A stretch of DNA of 62,064 nt, filler included, from Desulfonatronovibrionaceae bacterium (GCA_046539845.1; 5 parts of 5 records of this genome joined end to end with filler, not necessarily neighbours in it); one strand, 5' to 3'; shown: positions 28,073 through 38,129, counted from the whole stretch's first letter. Program-made: numbers and translations. The notes: generated by a model from the letters alone, not told the origin.

Positions 28073-29893
28073 ATGCCCTCAAAAGGAAAGGTCTCCTCTA
28101 CAGAAAAGCTTTTACAGGTCATCCGAAAGGGTGATTCCGCACTCAAGGCGGAGGACGAGGCCCCGGCCAAGGAGATCCCCAAAGGGGGTTCTTTACTGAG
28201 AGTCAGGCGTAAAAACCATCTCGGGGTCTACCTGGCGGACAATACTGTCCATTGGGTCTGCCTGCAGCGCCATTTGGGCGGCCGGCCCCGGGTGGAGAAG
28301 GTCGCCTCCACCACGGGATCTTTTGCTGATATTGATCAGGCGGTAGAGGTCTTGCGCCGGGGAGCTAAGGAGAACGTCTTTCCGGGCGGGAAAAACGAGA
28401 TTTGGGCGATTTTGGATTCCAATCAGGCAGTCCTCCACAACCTGGTCCTCCCCAAGATGGCTGAAAAGGAGATCCCGAACGCGGTGTACTGGTCTTTGAA
28501 AAAAGACCGGGCTTTTTCCGAGGGAACAGTCCTGGATTTTGAGGTCCAGGGGGAAAAGGTGGTCAAGGGGATTCCCAAACTGGCGGTTTTGGCCCTGACC
28601 TGCCCCCGCAGCGAGATAGAGCGCTGGCGGGATACTTTTGCCCGGGCCGGACTGGAGTTGACCGGGCTCACGGTTTTGCCTCTGTGCATCCAAAACCTGA
28701 TCGCCAGCCAGCAGGAGGAAAAAAGGCGCAGTGAGAGTTCGTGCGCCTTTTTGCATATCGAACGCAAGCGCACCCTGATTGCTATTTTCAACCACGGCAA
28801 GCTCGGCTTGTCCAGGGAAATACGCACCGGCGTGGACTCTATGGTCGAGGCCTTGCAGGACTATAAGGGCATTCAGCCCGGTCCGGAGGAAGAACCGGTG
28901 GCCGCGGACATGGATGACAGTAAGGTGCTGAATATCGAACCCCCTCCGCAGCCCGGGGATCAGGAGTGGGAGAGGCTGTTCATGGAGGTCCTTGACAGAC
29001 TGTGCCGGGACACCGGGGAGGAGTCAGCTCAGGACCAGGAGCGGGATGAGGCGTTTAGGCCGGTGCTGCAGCGCCTGGCCCAGCAGGTGGAGCGGAGCTT
29101 TTCCTATTTGACCCAGTACCAGGGACTTCCGGCAGTGGACCGGGTGCGTTTGTCCGGATATCTGGTCGAAAGCGACTATTTTCAGTCCTATCTCCGGGAT
29201 CAGCTGGGAGTGGAGGTCCAGCCCTGTGCTCCTGCCTTGGGCTATGCCTCTGCCGCAGCCGGGCCGGACTATCTGTCCATTCCCGCCTTGGGAGCGGCTT
29301 TGTCCTCGTCCGCCAGGACCATGAACCTGCTGTTCACCCATTCCCAGCGCAAGGCCTTCCATAAGGAGGCCAGGATACACAATGCCCTCCTGGTGGCCAC
29401 GGCTGTATTGGCTGTCTTAATTTTCGGGTATGCAAAATGGGAAACCGGGCGTCTGGAGGCGGACAAAGAAAAACTGGCCGGGCTGGAAAAAAGGCTGGCC
29501 GAGTTCACTCCAAGGGTCGAGGAGTCCATGTTGGTCCAAAAAATAAGCGCTCTCAAATCCCAGCAGGGTGTGCTCGAAGACTACGCCGCCCGATTCTCTG
29601 ATTTGGCCGCGTTCCAGGAGGCAGTATCATTGCTCCCGGAGGAGGTCCAGCTTTCCGATATCAGGCTGCAGAAAGGGGAGGGAAAAAAGGGGGACGGCCA
29701 GGGCTCCCTGATTATAGAAGGCTTTGTAGCCGGATCGGAAGGCGATTGGGAGACGCGCCTTATATCCTATCTGGTCCGGTTGGGCGATTCCCGGCTTCTG
29801 GGTGATCCGGTGGTCTACAGGCGATCAACCGTGGAGTTTGAGGACCGGGGCAGGTATCTCAGGTTTGCCCTGCGCGTGTCCCTTGCGGAGTAG
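28073..29893 (+). CDS. PilM-like cytoplasmic domain fused to a TM segment and PilN-like periplasmic domain
   Basis: Actin-like PilM features (AVYW..K, VLDFEV, AGLEL.GLT, LSREIRTG, ERSF.Y), then MNLL, one TM helix and a PilN-like C-terminus; first gene of the pilus operon. Confidence 0.7.
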   Translation: MPSKGKVSSTEKLLQVIRKGDSALKAEDEAPAKEIPKGGSLLRVRRKNHLGVYLADNTVHWVCLQRHLGGRPRVEKVASTTGSFADIDQAVEVLRRGAKENVFPGGKNEIWAILDSNQAVLHNLVLPKMAEKEIPNAVYWSLKKDRAFSEGTVLDFEVQGEKVVKGIPKLAVLALTCPRSEIERWRDTFARAGLELTGLTVLPLCIQNLIASQQEEKRRSESSCAFLHIERKRTLIAIFNHGKLGLSREIRTGVDSMVEALQDYKGIQPGPEEEPVAADMDDSKVLNIEPPPQPGDQEWERLFMEVLDRLCRDTGEESAQDQERDEAFRPVLQRLAQQVERSFSYLTQYQGLPAVDRVRLSGYLVESDYFQSYLRDQLGVEVQPCAPALGYASAAAGPDYLSIPALGAALSSSARTMNLLFTHSQRKAFHKEARIHNALLVATAVLAVLIFGYAKWETGRLEADKEKLAGLEKRLAEFTPRVEESMLVQKISALKSQQGVLEDYAARFSDLAAFQEAVSLLPEEVQLSDIRLQKGEGKKGDGQGSLIIEGFVAGSEGDWETRLISYLVRLGDSRLLGDPVVYRRSTVEFEDRGRYLRFALRVSLAE

Positions 29894-29981
29894 CAGGCAT
29901 GTCCAGTCCCGGGATATTGAGGTCGATTTTGCGCCTTGGGCCGCGAATGTCCCGGCTGGCTAGGGCAAAAGGAGAACGGAT

Positions 29982-30503
29982 TTGAGGTCGGCAAGGTCGA
30001 AAACCATACTGATTTCTTTTTTATGTGCCGGAGTGCTTGTCTTTTTGTACCTGTTCACCGTACTCCCGTTGCATATGCAGATACAAGACGTGGCCGAAGA
30101 GACAGCCGACCTGCGGGCCAGGATAACGATCCAGGAAAATTACGCCCAAGTCTATCCCCGCCTCCTTACTCAGAGCAACAAATACGATGCATGGGACTTT
30201 CCCGGGCTCGAAAAAAAGCCCCTGGACGAAAACGATATCGGGAAGGTGGTCCCGGAGCTGCACCGGATAATAGAAAAGAGCAAGCTGGGAGCGGTTTCAG
30301 TGCAGCCGATGTCCGAGTCCATAGCAGACAATGGCTCCAGCTTGCGGGTGGATATGGTCCTGCAGGGGAGCTGGGATGGGCTTCGCGAGTTCTGGACTTC
30401 TCTGGTGAAGCTCCCTTACTGGAAGAGGCTGCAGAGCCTTGAGGCCCGGGCTATCTCCGGCGACAGGGAATACCGTTTGACCGTGTGGTTCAGTTTGACC
30501 TAG
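29982..30503 (+). CDS. PilO/GspM-like assembly protein
   Basis: N-terminal TM, coiled coil and ferredoxin-like C-terminus (LQGSW..L..F...L..LP); TTG start with AAGGAG; operon position. Confidence 0.65.
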   Translation: MRSARSKTILISFLCAGVLVFLYLFTVLPLHMQIQDVAEETADLRARITIQENYAQVYPRLLTQSNKYDAWDFPGLEKKPLDENDIGKVVPELHRIIEKSKLGAVSVQPMSESIADNGSSLRVDMVLQGSWDGLREFWTSLVKLPYWKRLQSLEARAISGDREYRLTVWFSLT

Positions 30504-30576
30504 AAGTGGCCGAAAGACTGCTTTTGACCGGGCCGCGGCTTCCGGTGCATTTTTGCAAAAAAGTTAAGAGGATTGA

Positions 30577-31128
30577 ATGTCCCGCAGGGAGAAGATCATA
30601 TTAGGACTGGCAGCCGCGGCCGTGGTTTTCGGGGCCTATACCTATCTTATCCCTGAAGGCGGAGAAAAGAGCAGTCGAATCTCCGGGCAGGATGTGGAAA
30701 AGAGCGAGCAGGTGGTCAGCCAGGTGGAAAACGAGTTGAGCGGCCGGGTACGGCTTTCGGACAGACAGCTTACAGTGCTTGAGAGGCTCGAGAGCCCCTG
30801 GCCGAAGGACCCTTTTTGGGACCCGGACTCTTCCGATCGGGAGAAAAAGTCCGGGGACGAGCAGACGGATGAGAAGCGCAGGATAGTTTATTCCGGATTC
30901 GTTCAGGTGGCCGGAACCAAATACGCTGTGGTAAACGGCCGGGAATACACCATCGGAGACAAGGTTAAAGACACATCGTTCACAGTGAAGGATATCTCCT
31001 CCCAGACTCTGGTTTTGCGCGGGCCGCAGGGCAGGATAAGGGTTTCCGCAGAAGGTGGGGACGAATTCCCCGGAGAAGAGAATTCTTCCAACAGGAACAG
31101 ATCAGAGGATATTGATGATTGGAGATAA
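30577..31128 (+). CDS. PilP/MshK-like protein
   Basis: N-terminal TM, W.KDPF and YSGF...YAVVNG.EY.IGD motifs; immediately precedes the secretin. Confidence 0.6.
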   Translation: MSRREKIILGLAAAAVVFGAYTYLIPEGGEKSSRISGQDVEKSEQVVSQVENELSGRVRLSDRQLTVLERLESPWPKDPFWDPDSSDREKKSGDEQTDEKRRIVYSGFVQVAGTKYAVVNGREYTIGDKVKDTSFTVKDISSQTLVLRGPQGRIRVSAEGGDEFPGEENSSNRNRSEDIDDWR

Positions 31129-33127
31129 GCCCAAGTTAAGCCCCCTGTTTTATTGCCTGCTGCTTTTGGCGCCGGTTTTGGTTTTGTCCGGGTGCGCCAA
31201 GGACACCCCTACCCTGGAAAAAGACCCGTTTTTTGAGCGCTGGAAAGAGTTGGCGGAAAAATCCAAGGGCCATTCCCCGCAGCGGAGCAAGGAACAGGTG
31301 GATATTGACACCCGCATCTTGGGCGATTTCGAGAAAAAAAAGGTCCCAGGAAGGAAAAAACGGCCCGAACTTCCCCGGGAAAAAGTCACCCTGCATATCA
31401 ACGGCGCAGACGTCCAGGTCATTCTACGCGCCCTGGCCCGGGCCGCCGGCCAGAATATACTGGTCAATTCCAGTGTTAAGGGCATAACCAGCGTACATCT
31501 GGATGAAGTCCCCTGGGACGAGGCCTTCAAAGGGATACTGGCCACCAACGGGCTGGACTATACCTGGGAAGGCGGGGTGTTGCGGGTGGTTTCCGTGGAT
31601 GATCTGGAGAGTGAGTCCCGGATTCAGGCCGCCAAATCCAAGCGCAGGAGTCAGGAGGAAGAGGAAAAACAGGTGGCCGCCCTGCAGACCAAGGTGCTTT
31701 CCATTCATTACGCGGACGCGGACGCGGTCCGGGACGCACTGGAATCTTTTCTGACCAAGACAACGGAAGGAGAGCACCGGGGAAACATTGTGGTGGATAA
31801 GCACAACAACGCTTTGATCGTTCAGGCCATAAAGGAGGATATGGACAGCATCATGGAGATGGTGGATACCATTGACCGGCCTACGCGGCAGATCCACTTA
31901 AAGGCGCATATCGTGGAGGCGACCAAGAACACCGCCCGGGATCTGGGTATCCAATGGGGCGGCAAATGGAGCAAGCGCTCCTGGGGCGGAGACGGGAACG
32001 ACCTTATCGGCTTGGGCGGACCGGTGGGCAAGGACGGCCAGGCCTCTTTCGGGAGCATAGACCAGGGCGGGGACACCTCCAACAGAGTGGGGCTGAATTT
32101 CCCCACCAGCCCCATAACCGGTGAGGGTATGGGGACCATGGGCGCTGGTCTGAACCTGTTTGCGGGCAACCCGGATGAAAGCGTTTTAGAGGTTCAGCTC
32201 TCCGCACTACAGTCAGACGGTAAGGCCAATGTCCTCTCCAGTCCGTCCCTGACCACTATGGACAACAAGGTGGCCTTTACCGAGAGCGGAGCCAAGGTGC
32301 CCTACGTGACCACAGACGATGAGGGTGACCGGGAGGTGGAATTCGAGGATGCGGTGCTTCGTCTGGAAATGACCCCGCACGTGATAAACGACCGCTATCT
32401 GCGCCTCGAAGTCAAGGTCCAAAAAGACGAGGTGGATTTCTCCGAGGACCGCAGGGTGGAGGGCAACCCCACCATCCGCAAGAAGGACACCCAGACCTCC
32501 CTGGTGGTGGAGAATGGAGAGACCATTGTCATTTCCGGCCTTTCCAAGCAGACCATGGACGATTCCGAGTCCGGGGTCCCCTGGCTCAAGGATATCCCCG
32601 GCCTGGGCTATCTGTTCAAAGGCGACTCCATTGCGAGCGAGATGGAAGAGCTGCTTATCTTCATCACCCCCACGGTGCTGCCTAAGAGGGAGGATATGGA
32701 TGTGGCCGGGGGGCGTCCATCGGCCGACGATCTGGATGATAAACTCAAATCCACACATGACAGGCGTGCAGACACCTGGATAGAAAAGAGCAAACAGGCC
32801 CTGGACCGGGAGAAATGGCAAGAGGTGGTGCGCACCGCTTCGGTGGCGCTTTCCCTGGATCCGGGTCGGGTAGAGGGATATGTCCTGCGCGGCTGCGCTT
32901 ACGCTAATCTGGAGGAGGCCAGAGCCAGTTTATCCGACTGCCGCCGGGCCCTGTTTCTGGATCCGGAGGAGCCGCAGGCCTTAAACGTCAAGGGCCGGGC
33001 CCTGGAGCAGCTGGGAAGGATGGAAGAGGCCCTGGAAAATTTTGCCAAGAGCTGCGGCATGGGTAATTCCCGGGCATGTTCCAACCACGAGCGCCTGTTT
33101 TACAAGGACCGGAATAAAAAGGATTAA
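31115..33127 (+). CDS. pilQ: Type IV pilus secretin with lipobox and C-terminal TPRs
   Basis: LVLSGC lipobox, PW.EAF..IL, IDRP.RQI...AHIVE, LSSPSL.T.DN and VPWLKDIPGLGYLFK; TPR-like tail. Confidence 0.9.
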   Translation: MIGDKPKLSPLFYCLLLLAPVLVLSGCAKDTPTLEKDPFFERWKELAEKSKGHSPQRSKEQVDIDTRILGDFEKKKVPGRKKRPELPREKVTLHINGADVQVILRALARAAGQNILVNSSVKGITSVHLDEVPWDEAFKGILATNGLDYTWEGGVLRVVSVDDLESESRIQAAKSKRRSQEEEEKQVAALQTKVLSIHYADADAVRDALESFLTKTTEGEHRGNIVVDKHNNALIVQAIKEDMDSIMEMVDTIDRPTRQIHLKAHIVEATKNTARDLGIQWGGKWSKRSWGGDGNDLIGLGGPVGKDGQASFGSIDQGGDTSNRVGLNFPTSPITGEGMGTMGAGLNLFAGNPDESVLEVQLSALQSDGKANVLSSPSLTTMDNKVAFTESGAKVPYVTTDDEGDREVEFEDAVLRLEMTPHVINDRYLRLEVKVQKDEVDFSEDRRVEGNPTIRKKDTQTSLVVENGETIVISGLSKQTMDDSESGVPWLKDIPGLGYLFKGDSIASEMEELLIFITPTVLPKREDMDVAGGRPSADDLDDKLKSTHDRRADTWIEKSKQALDREKWQEVVRTASVALSLDPGRVEGYVLRGCAYANLEEARASLSDCRRALFLDPEEPQALNVKGRALEQLGRMEEALENFAKSCGMGNSRACSNHERLFYKDRNKKD

Positions 33128-33194
33128 CAAGCCGCTGCAGCACGTTCGCCTGCAGGACTGCAGGGAGCGCCCCTGCGGCAGGGCACGGATTTTA

Positions 33195-34793
33195 ATGGAG
33201 TATTACACCTTACTGGATCTCAAGCGCGAGCCGTTTTCCAATTCCCCGGACCCGGAATGCTTCTATCCCACGGCCCAGCATACCTTTTGCCTACAGCAGC
33301 TGGAAATAGCCATCCGCCTCCGCAGGGGGTTAAATATACTCCTGGGGGAGGTGGGCACGGGCAAGACCACTTTGTGCCGCCAACTTGTGCGCAATTTGGA
33401 TCAGGCAAAGACCCGCCTGGGTCTGATCCTGGATCCCGGGGTGGATTCGGAGTCCGAGTTCCTTGCCCTCTTGCACCGGGAGCTGGGCAGCGAATGGGAA
33501 CCGGAGGGGGCAAGCTCGCAGGAGGCGCGGGAGAGCCTGCATTCGTTCGTCTTTGACCGGGTGAACAACCACGGCGAGCTGATCGTTTTGCTCCTAGACG
33601 AGGGCCAGAGGATTGCGGAGTCCAACCTGGAGCTTTTGCGCCAGCTTCTGAATTTTGAGGCCAATGCGGAAAAATACCTGCAGATAGTGATATTTGCCCA
33701 GCCCGAGTTTGAAAGGGGACTTAAAGCCAAACGCAACCTCCTGGATCGGGTTAATTTTTACTATCGCCTCACTCCGATGAGTTTTTCGGAAATAAAGGGC
33801 ATGATCAGGCATCGCCTGCAGGAATGCGCTGAATCCGGTAAGAGGCCGCCTGAGTTTTCCCTCCCGGCCCTGTGGGCGATTCACCGTTTGAGCCGCGGAT
33901 ATCCGCGGCAGCTTTTGCATCTTTGCCACCACCTCCTGCTCGGGCTGATTGTCTCCGGTAAGAGGCGGGTCGGCCTGACGGATGTCTTGGCCCACAGATT
34001 CGGTTCCCTGTCCGGCCTGTTCCGTCCACGGGCCGGGGCTTTTCTCTGGCTTGCGACCCTGTTTGTCGGCGGGGCTGCTCTGTGGGCTGTCTTTTGGGGC
34101 CCGGGTCCGCTCACCTTTGGGTTGGAAGAAAAGGATCCGGAGCATGGGGTTGTTTTCTGGCCGGAACAGGACCCGGGGAACAGAGTCCCGGCAAAAGAAG
34201 GCCCTGCCCGACAGCAAAACAGCCGCGAAGCCGCGGTCCTTGCCCCTGAGCCCCTGCCGGAAAACGGATCCGGCAGCGGTGATAATGGTTCCGGATCGCC
34301 TTTGACCCCGGAATACGGAGTGGTTGAGGTCCCCCAGGGGCACAATCTGTGGCTTATGGCCGCTAGGATATACGGGATAACCGATGAAAACCGCCTGCAA
34401 CAGGAAATATTCCCGGAGATAAGGCGCCTGAACCCGGAACTGGGGCTTTTGGAGACCCTTACAGTGGGACAGAAGATTAAGTTTCCTTTTCTAGAGCGTT
34501 TTTTCCGCTCCCGGCCTGGAGGGTATCACATAAATTTTTTGCGCACCGTATCTCTTGACCGGGCGATGCAGTCTCTGATCTCCTCCGCTCCGGTCAAAAA
34601 GCGTTTGTGGTACAGGCAGACCGAGCGGGAGTATGAATTCTTCGTCCTCAGCCGCATGGGGTTTTCCTCCCCGGACGCGGCCAGGGCCTATTTGAACTCC
34701 TCCCTGGGACCGGATGAAGCACAGGGTGGGGCAAAGATCATGTCTTTTGAACGCGGCCCGGCCCGGGAGGACGCGGAAAACCTGCAGCAGTAG
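33195..34793 (+). CDS. ExeA/MshM-like AAA ATPase with TM and periplasmic domain
   Basis: EPFSNSPDP, Walker A GEVGTGKTT, Walker B LLLDEGQ, QPE and GYPR motifs. Confidence 0.85.
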   Translation: MEYYTLLDLKREPFSNSPDPECFYPTAQHTFCLQQLEIAIRLRRGLNILLGEVGTGKTTLCRQLVRNLDQAKTRLGLILDPGVDSESEFLALLHRELGSEWEPEGASSQEARESLHSFVFDRVNNHGELIVLLLDEGQRIAESNLELLRQLLNFEANAEKYLQIVIFAQPEFERGLKAKRNLLDRVNFYYRLTPMSFSEIKGMIRHRLQECAESGKRPPEFSLPALWAIHRLSRGYPRQLLHLCHHLLLGLIVSGKRRVGLTDVLAHRFGSLSGLFRPRAGAFLWLATLFVGGAALWAVFWGPGPLTFGLEEKDPEHGVVFWPEQDPGNRVPAKEGPARQQNSREAAVLAPEPLPENGSGSGDNGSGSPLTPEYGVVEVPQGHNLWLMAARIYGITDENRLQQEIFPEIRRLNPELGLLETLTVGQKIKFPFLERFFRSRPGGYHINFLRTVSLDRAMQSLISSAPVKKRLWYRQTEREYEFFVLSRMGFSSPDAARAYLNSSLGPDEAQGGAKIMSFERGPAREDAENLQQ

Positions 34794-34808
34794 AGAAAGG
34801 ATGGAATC

Positions 34809-36524
34809 ATGGCCAAGCGTCCCAGACTGGGAGAAATGCTGGTAGATGCCGGGCTTATATCCCAGGAACAGCTCCGGCGTGCTCTTTCCGAGCATAAAAG
34901 GTATGGATTGAAGCTGGGTGAATACCTTATCCATAACGATTATGTCCGGGAAGCGGATGTCCTGGATCTTATCAGCCGCCAGATGCGGGTCAAAAAGTAT
35001 GATCCGCAGCTGTTTACCCTGGACCCCAATCTCTCCAAACTGGTTCCTGCGGATATTGCCCAGCAGCACAAGGTGGTCCCGCTGCAGAAAAAAATGTCTT
35101 TGCTTTTGGTGGCCACCACCGATCCCTTGGATATAAACGCTTTGGATGCTGTGGAGATCGCCTCCAATATGGAGGTGGAGCCGGTGATTTGCACCGAGCA
35201 GGTGCTGCAGCAGCTGTTCAGTTCGCAGTACGGGGCCCAGATGGACGGCGGGTCGCCCCTGGAGGATATCCAGGAGGACATGGCCCTGCAGGATGGGGAT
35301 TCTGCAGAAGAGGATGCCGGCGGGGACGTAGAGGTGTCCTCGTTGCAGGATATGGCCGAGGACGCCCCGGTCATCCGTCTGGTCAACTCCCTTCTGGCCC
35401 AGGCCATCCGGGACAAGGCCAGCGATATCCATGTCAGCCCGGAAAAAAAGTCTGTTCAGGTCCGCTTCCGTATAGACGGCAAGCTGCAGGAGGTGCCCGG
35501 GCCGCCGAAGAATATGTTTCTGCCCGTGGTCTCCCGGCTTAAAATCCTGGCCAATATGGATATTGCCACCTCCCGCATCCCGCAGGACGGACGCTTCACG
35601 GTGAATATGGAGGGCAGGGAAATAAACGTGCGCACCTCGACCATGCCCACCATACACGGGGAAAACCTGGTCATGCGCCTTCTGGATATGAGTGCCAGCG
35701 CTTACAGCCTGGCCGATCTGGGCCTGGCCGGCTCCGACCGGGAGAAGATGGAAAAAATTATTTCCAGGCCGTACGGGATGATTCTGGCCACCGGGCCCAC
35801 CGGCAGCGGTAAGTCGACTACGCTTTATGCCGTTTTGCAGGAGATAAATTCTTCTGACCTGAACATAATCACCCTGGAGGATCCGGTGGAATACCGGGTG
35901 CCCAAGATCCGTCAGGCCCAACTGAACAGGCGGGCCGGGATGACCTTTGCCTCCGGGCTGCGCTCCATTTTGCGCCAGGACCCGGACGTGGTCATGGTTG
36001 GGGAGATCCGGGACTTTGAGACCGCGAATATCGCCATCCAGGCCGCGCTCACCGGACACAGACTCCTTAGCACTGTGCATACCAATGATGCAGCTGGAGC
36101 GGTTACACGGCTCGTGGACATGGGGGTGGAGCCTTTTTTGGTCTCCTCCTCCCTTCTGGCTGCCGTAGGCCAGCGCCTGGTTCGCCGGGTATGCAAGCAT
36201 TGCCAGGAGGAATACACCCCGGAAAAAAACCTCCTGGAGTTCTGGGGGATAAGCAGGGAAGAGGCAGAGGAGATCCGCTTTGTCCACGGCAAAGGCTGTT
36301 ATCACTGTAAGGACACCGGGTATCGCGGTCGCCTCGGAGTGTATGAGATTTTGCTTAATGACGAGCAGATCCAGGGCATGATCCTGCGCCGGGCCTCGTC
36401 GCACGAAATTGCCAGGGCGGCGCACAAAGCCGGGAATTTCCGGATGATGCACGAGGACGCCCTGGAGAAGGCCAAGCAGGGTCTGACTACCCTGGAAGAG
36501 ATTACTTCCGCGGTCATGACCTGA
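34809..36524 (+). CDS. GspE/PilB/MshE assembly ATPase with N-terminal MshEN motif
   Basis: RLGEMLVDAGLI, ASDIH, GPTGSGKSTT, EDPVEY, LRQDPD, STVHTNDA and a tetra-Cys motif. Confidence 0.93.
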   Translation: MAKRPRLGEMLVDAGLISQEQLRRALSEHKRYGLKLGEYLIHNDYVREADVLDLISRQMRVKKYDPQLFTLDPNLSKLVPADIAQQHKVVPLQKKMSLLLVATTDPLDINALDAVEIASNMEVEPVICTEQVLQQLFSSQYGAQMDGGSPLEDIQEDMALQDGDSAEEDAGGDVEVSSLQDMAEDAPVIRLVNSLLAQAIRDKASDIHVSPEKKSVQVRFRIDGKLQEVPGPPKNMFLPVVSRLKILANMDIATSRIPQDGRFTVNMEGREINVRTSTMPTIHGENLVMRLLDMSASAYSLADLGLAGSDREKMEKIISRPYGMILATGPTGSGKSTTLYAVLQEINSSDLNIITLEDPVEYRVPKIRQAQLNRRAGMTFASGLRSILRQDPDVVMVGEIRDFETANIAIQAALTGHRLLSTVHTNDAAGAVTRLVDMGVEPFLVSSSLLAAVGQRLVRRVCKHCQEEYTPEKNLLEFWGISREEAEEIRFVHGKGCYHCKDTGYRGRLGVYEILLNDEQIQGMILRRASSHEIARAAHKAGNFRMMHEDALEKAKQGLTTLEEITSAVMT

Positions 36525-36561
36525 ATGAAGCGCCGGCAAAGAGTCTTTTGCAGGCGCATGA

Positions 36562-36589
36562 AGACAGAGTACAGAAAATAGATGACAGA
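36562..36589 (+). repeat. Four degenerate 7-bp tandem repeats
   Basis: agacaga-gtacaga-aaataga-tgacaga; similar run at 57345-57365. Confidence 0.5.
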
Positions 36590-36657
36590 ATAATCAAAAT
36601 GTTAAAAGCTAGGGATTTTGGCATCAACCCTTTTTCTCTGTTTTTACCGGGTAAAGT

Positions 36658-37872
36658 ATGCAGTACACCTATACGGCCCTAACCGAAAACGGGACCGAGA
36701 CCAAAGGGACCCTGGAGGCCAACTCCCCGGATGAGGCCCGGGAGATTCTGGCTGCCCGGGGCTATATCCCCACTGTTGTTAAGTCCGGGTCCGGAAGCGG
36801 GACTGGGTTCTGGGAGGATCTGCGGGTGCGGCTGTCCAAGGTCAAGCCGCAGCAGCTCATTCTTTTTACCAAGCAGTTTAGGACCATGTTCCGGGCCGGA
36901 ATTCCGGTTATGGATATCTTCCGGACCATGGAGCACCAGACCGAGAACCGCAAACTGCGCTCGGTAATAGTGGAGATGGCCGGGATGGTCCAAGAGGGCT
37001 CTTCCCTTTACGACGCCTTTAACGCCCACCCTGAGGTATTCTCCCCCTTGTACTGCAGCATGGTTCAGGCCGGGGAGACCAGCGGGTCCCTGCCCGAGGT
37101 GATGGAGCGCCTGGTCTATCTTCTGGAGCACGAGCAGAAAGTGCGCAACGATATCCGCTCCGCTCTGCAGTACCCGATCATCGTGGTCATCGCCCTTGGA
37201 ATCGCCTTTTTTGTCCTTTTGACCTTTGTCATCCCCAAGTTTGTGACCATCTTCAAAAGCGCCGGCATCGATCTGCCGCTGCCCACAGTCATTGCTATCG
37301 GCCTGTACAATTTTCTGGCCGGGTACTGGTATTGGATAATTCTGGCGCTGATCGGATTAATTATGGCTTCAGTGTGGTTTTTTCGCCGTCCCTACGGCAG
37401 GCTGCTTTTGCACACTTTTTTGCTCCGCATCCCGATTTTGGGGCCGGTATTCATGAAGTCGGCCATGTCCAGGTTTGCCAGCATCATGGCCATCTTGCAG
37501 TCCAGCGGGGTTTCGGTCTTGGATTCCTTGGATATACTTTCCCGGACCATAGGCAATTCTGCTATCTCCCTGCAGTTTGACCGCGTCAAGGAACAACTTA
37601 AGGAGGGCCGGGGCATTTCCGGGCCGCTAAAGAGCGCCAAGTATTTCACACCCATGGTCGTGGACATGGTGGCCATAGGCGAGGAAGCCGGTAATCTGGA
37701 CGAGATGCTCCGGGAAGTGGCTTCCCATTATGATGAGGAAGTGGAGTACGCGGTGGGCCAGATGACCACCAATCTGGGGCCTATTCTGGTTGTCGGGCTG
37801 GCTGCTGTGGTCGGTTTTTTCGCCCTGGCCATATTCCTGCCCATGTGGGATCTGACCCAGATGGTGCAGTAG
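36658..37872 (+). CDS. pilC: GspF/PilC/MshG inner-membrane platform protein
   Basis: FTKQF.TM..AGIP, AGETSGSL, ALQYP, IGEEAGNLDEML and IFLPM motifs. Confidence 0.92.
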   Translation: MQYTYTALTENGTETKGTLEANSPDEAREILAARGYIPTVVKSGSGSGTGFWEDLRVRLSKVKPQQLILFTKQFRTMFRAGIPVMDIFRTMEHQTENRKLRSVIVEMAGMVQEGSSLYDAFNAHPEVFSPLYCSMVQAGETSGSLPEVMERLVYLLEHEQKVRNDIRSALQYPIIVVIALGIAFFVLLTFVIPKFVTIFKSAGIDLPLPTVIAIGLYNFLAGYWYWIILALIGLIMASVWFFRRPYGRLLLHTFLLRIPILGPVFMKSAMSRFASIMAILQSSGVSVLDSLDILSRTIGNSAISLQFDRVKEQLKEGRGISGPLKSAKYFTPMVVDMVAIGEEAGNLDEMLREVASHYDEEVEYAVGQMTTNLGPILVVGLAAVVGFFALAIFLPMWDLTQMVQ

Positions 37873-37910
37873 AAAGTTTGCCCGATCCCTTCCGGGATCA
37901 GTTTGTTGGA
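37871..37910 (+). repeat. Partial copy (second hairpin) of the GxxExxY-associated repeat
   Basis: agaaagtttgcccgatcccttccgggatcagtttgttgga resembles 14751-14790 and 38071-38110. Confidence 0.65.
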
Positions 37911-37993
37911 AAGGACTGCTGAACCAGCATGAGCTGTGCATGTAGAGTTTGACCAAGATGGTCAAGTAGAGGCGTGGGGGGAAAGCAGGAGAC

Positions 37994-38110
37994 CATTGAA
38001 CCGCCCGCTTCGCTCAAGGCTCGGAGGACGCCAAGGAAGAATATTTCCGTCCGCGGGGTTGACCGCGGACGGAAAGTCTGTCCAATCCCTGCCGGGATTG
38101 TTTTGGTGGA
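37994..38110 (+). repeat. GxxExxY-associated repeat, upstream copy with two hairpins
   Basis: 37994-38048 is identical to 38508-38562; hairpins at 38044-38075 and 38083-38100. Confidence 0.9.
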
Positions 38111-38129
38111 GGATGAGAAGGACCTTGAA

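Noticed and set aside
34491..36539. 682-aa antisense ORF, and similar long antisense ORFs at 13419, 15386, 17580, 23121 and 26498
   Set aside because: They mirror well-supported genes on the opposite strand, which is common in GC-rich coding DNA, and show no motifs.
37974..38129. 52-codon N-terminal extension of the GxxExxY ORF
   Set aside because: It reads through the repeat; starting at ATG 38130 gives the typical family length of about 130 aa.
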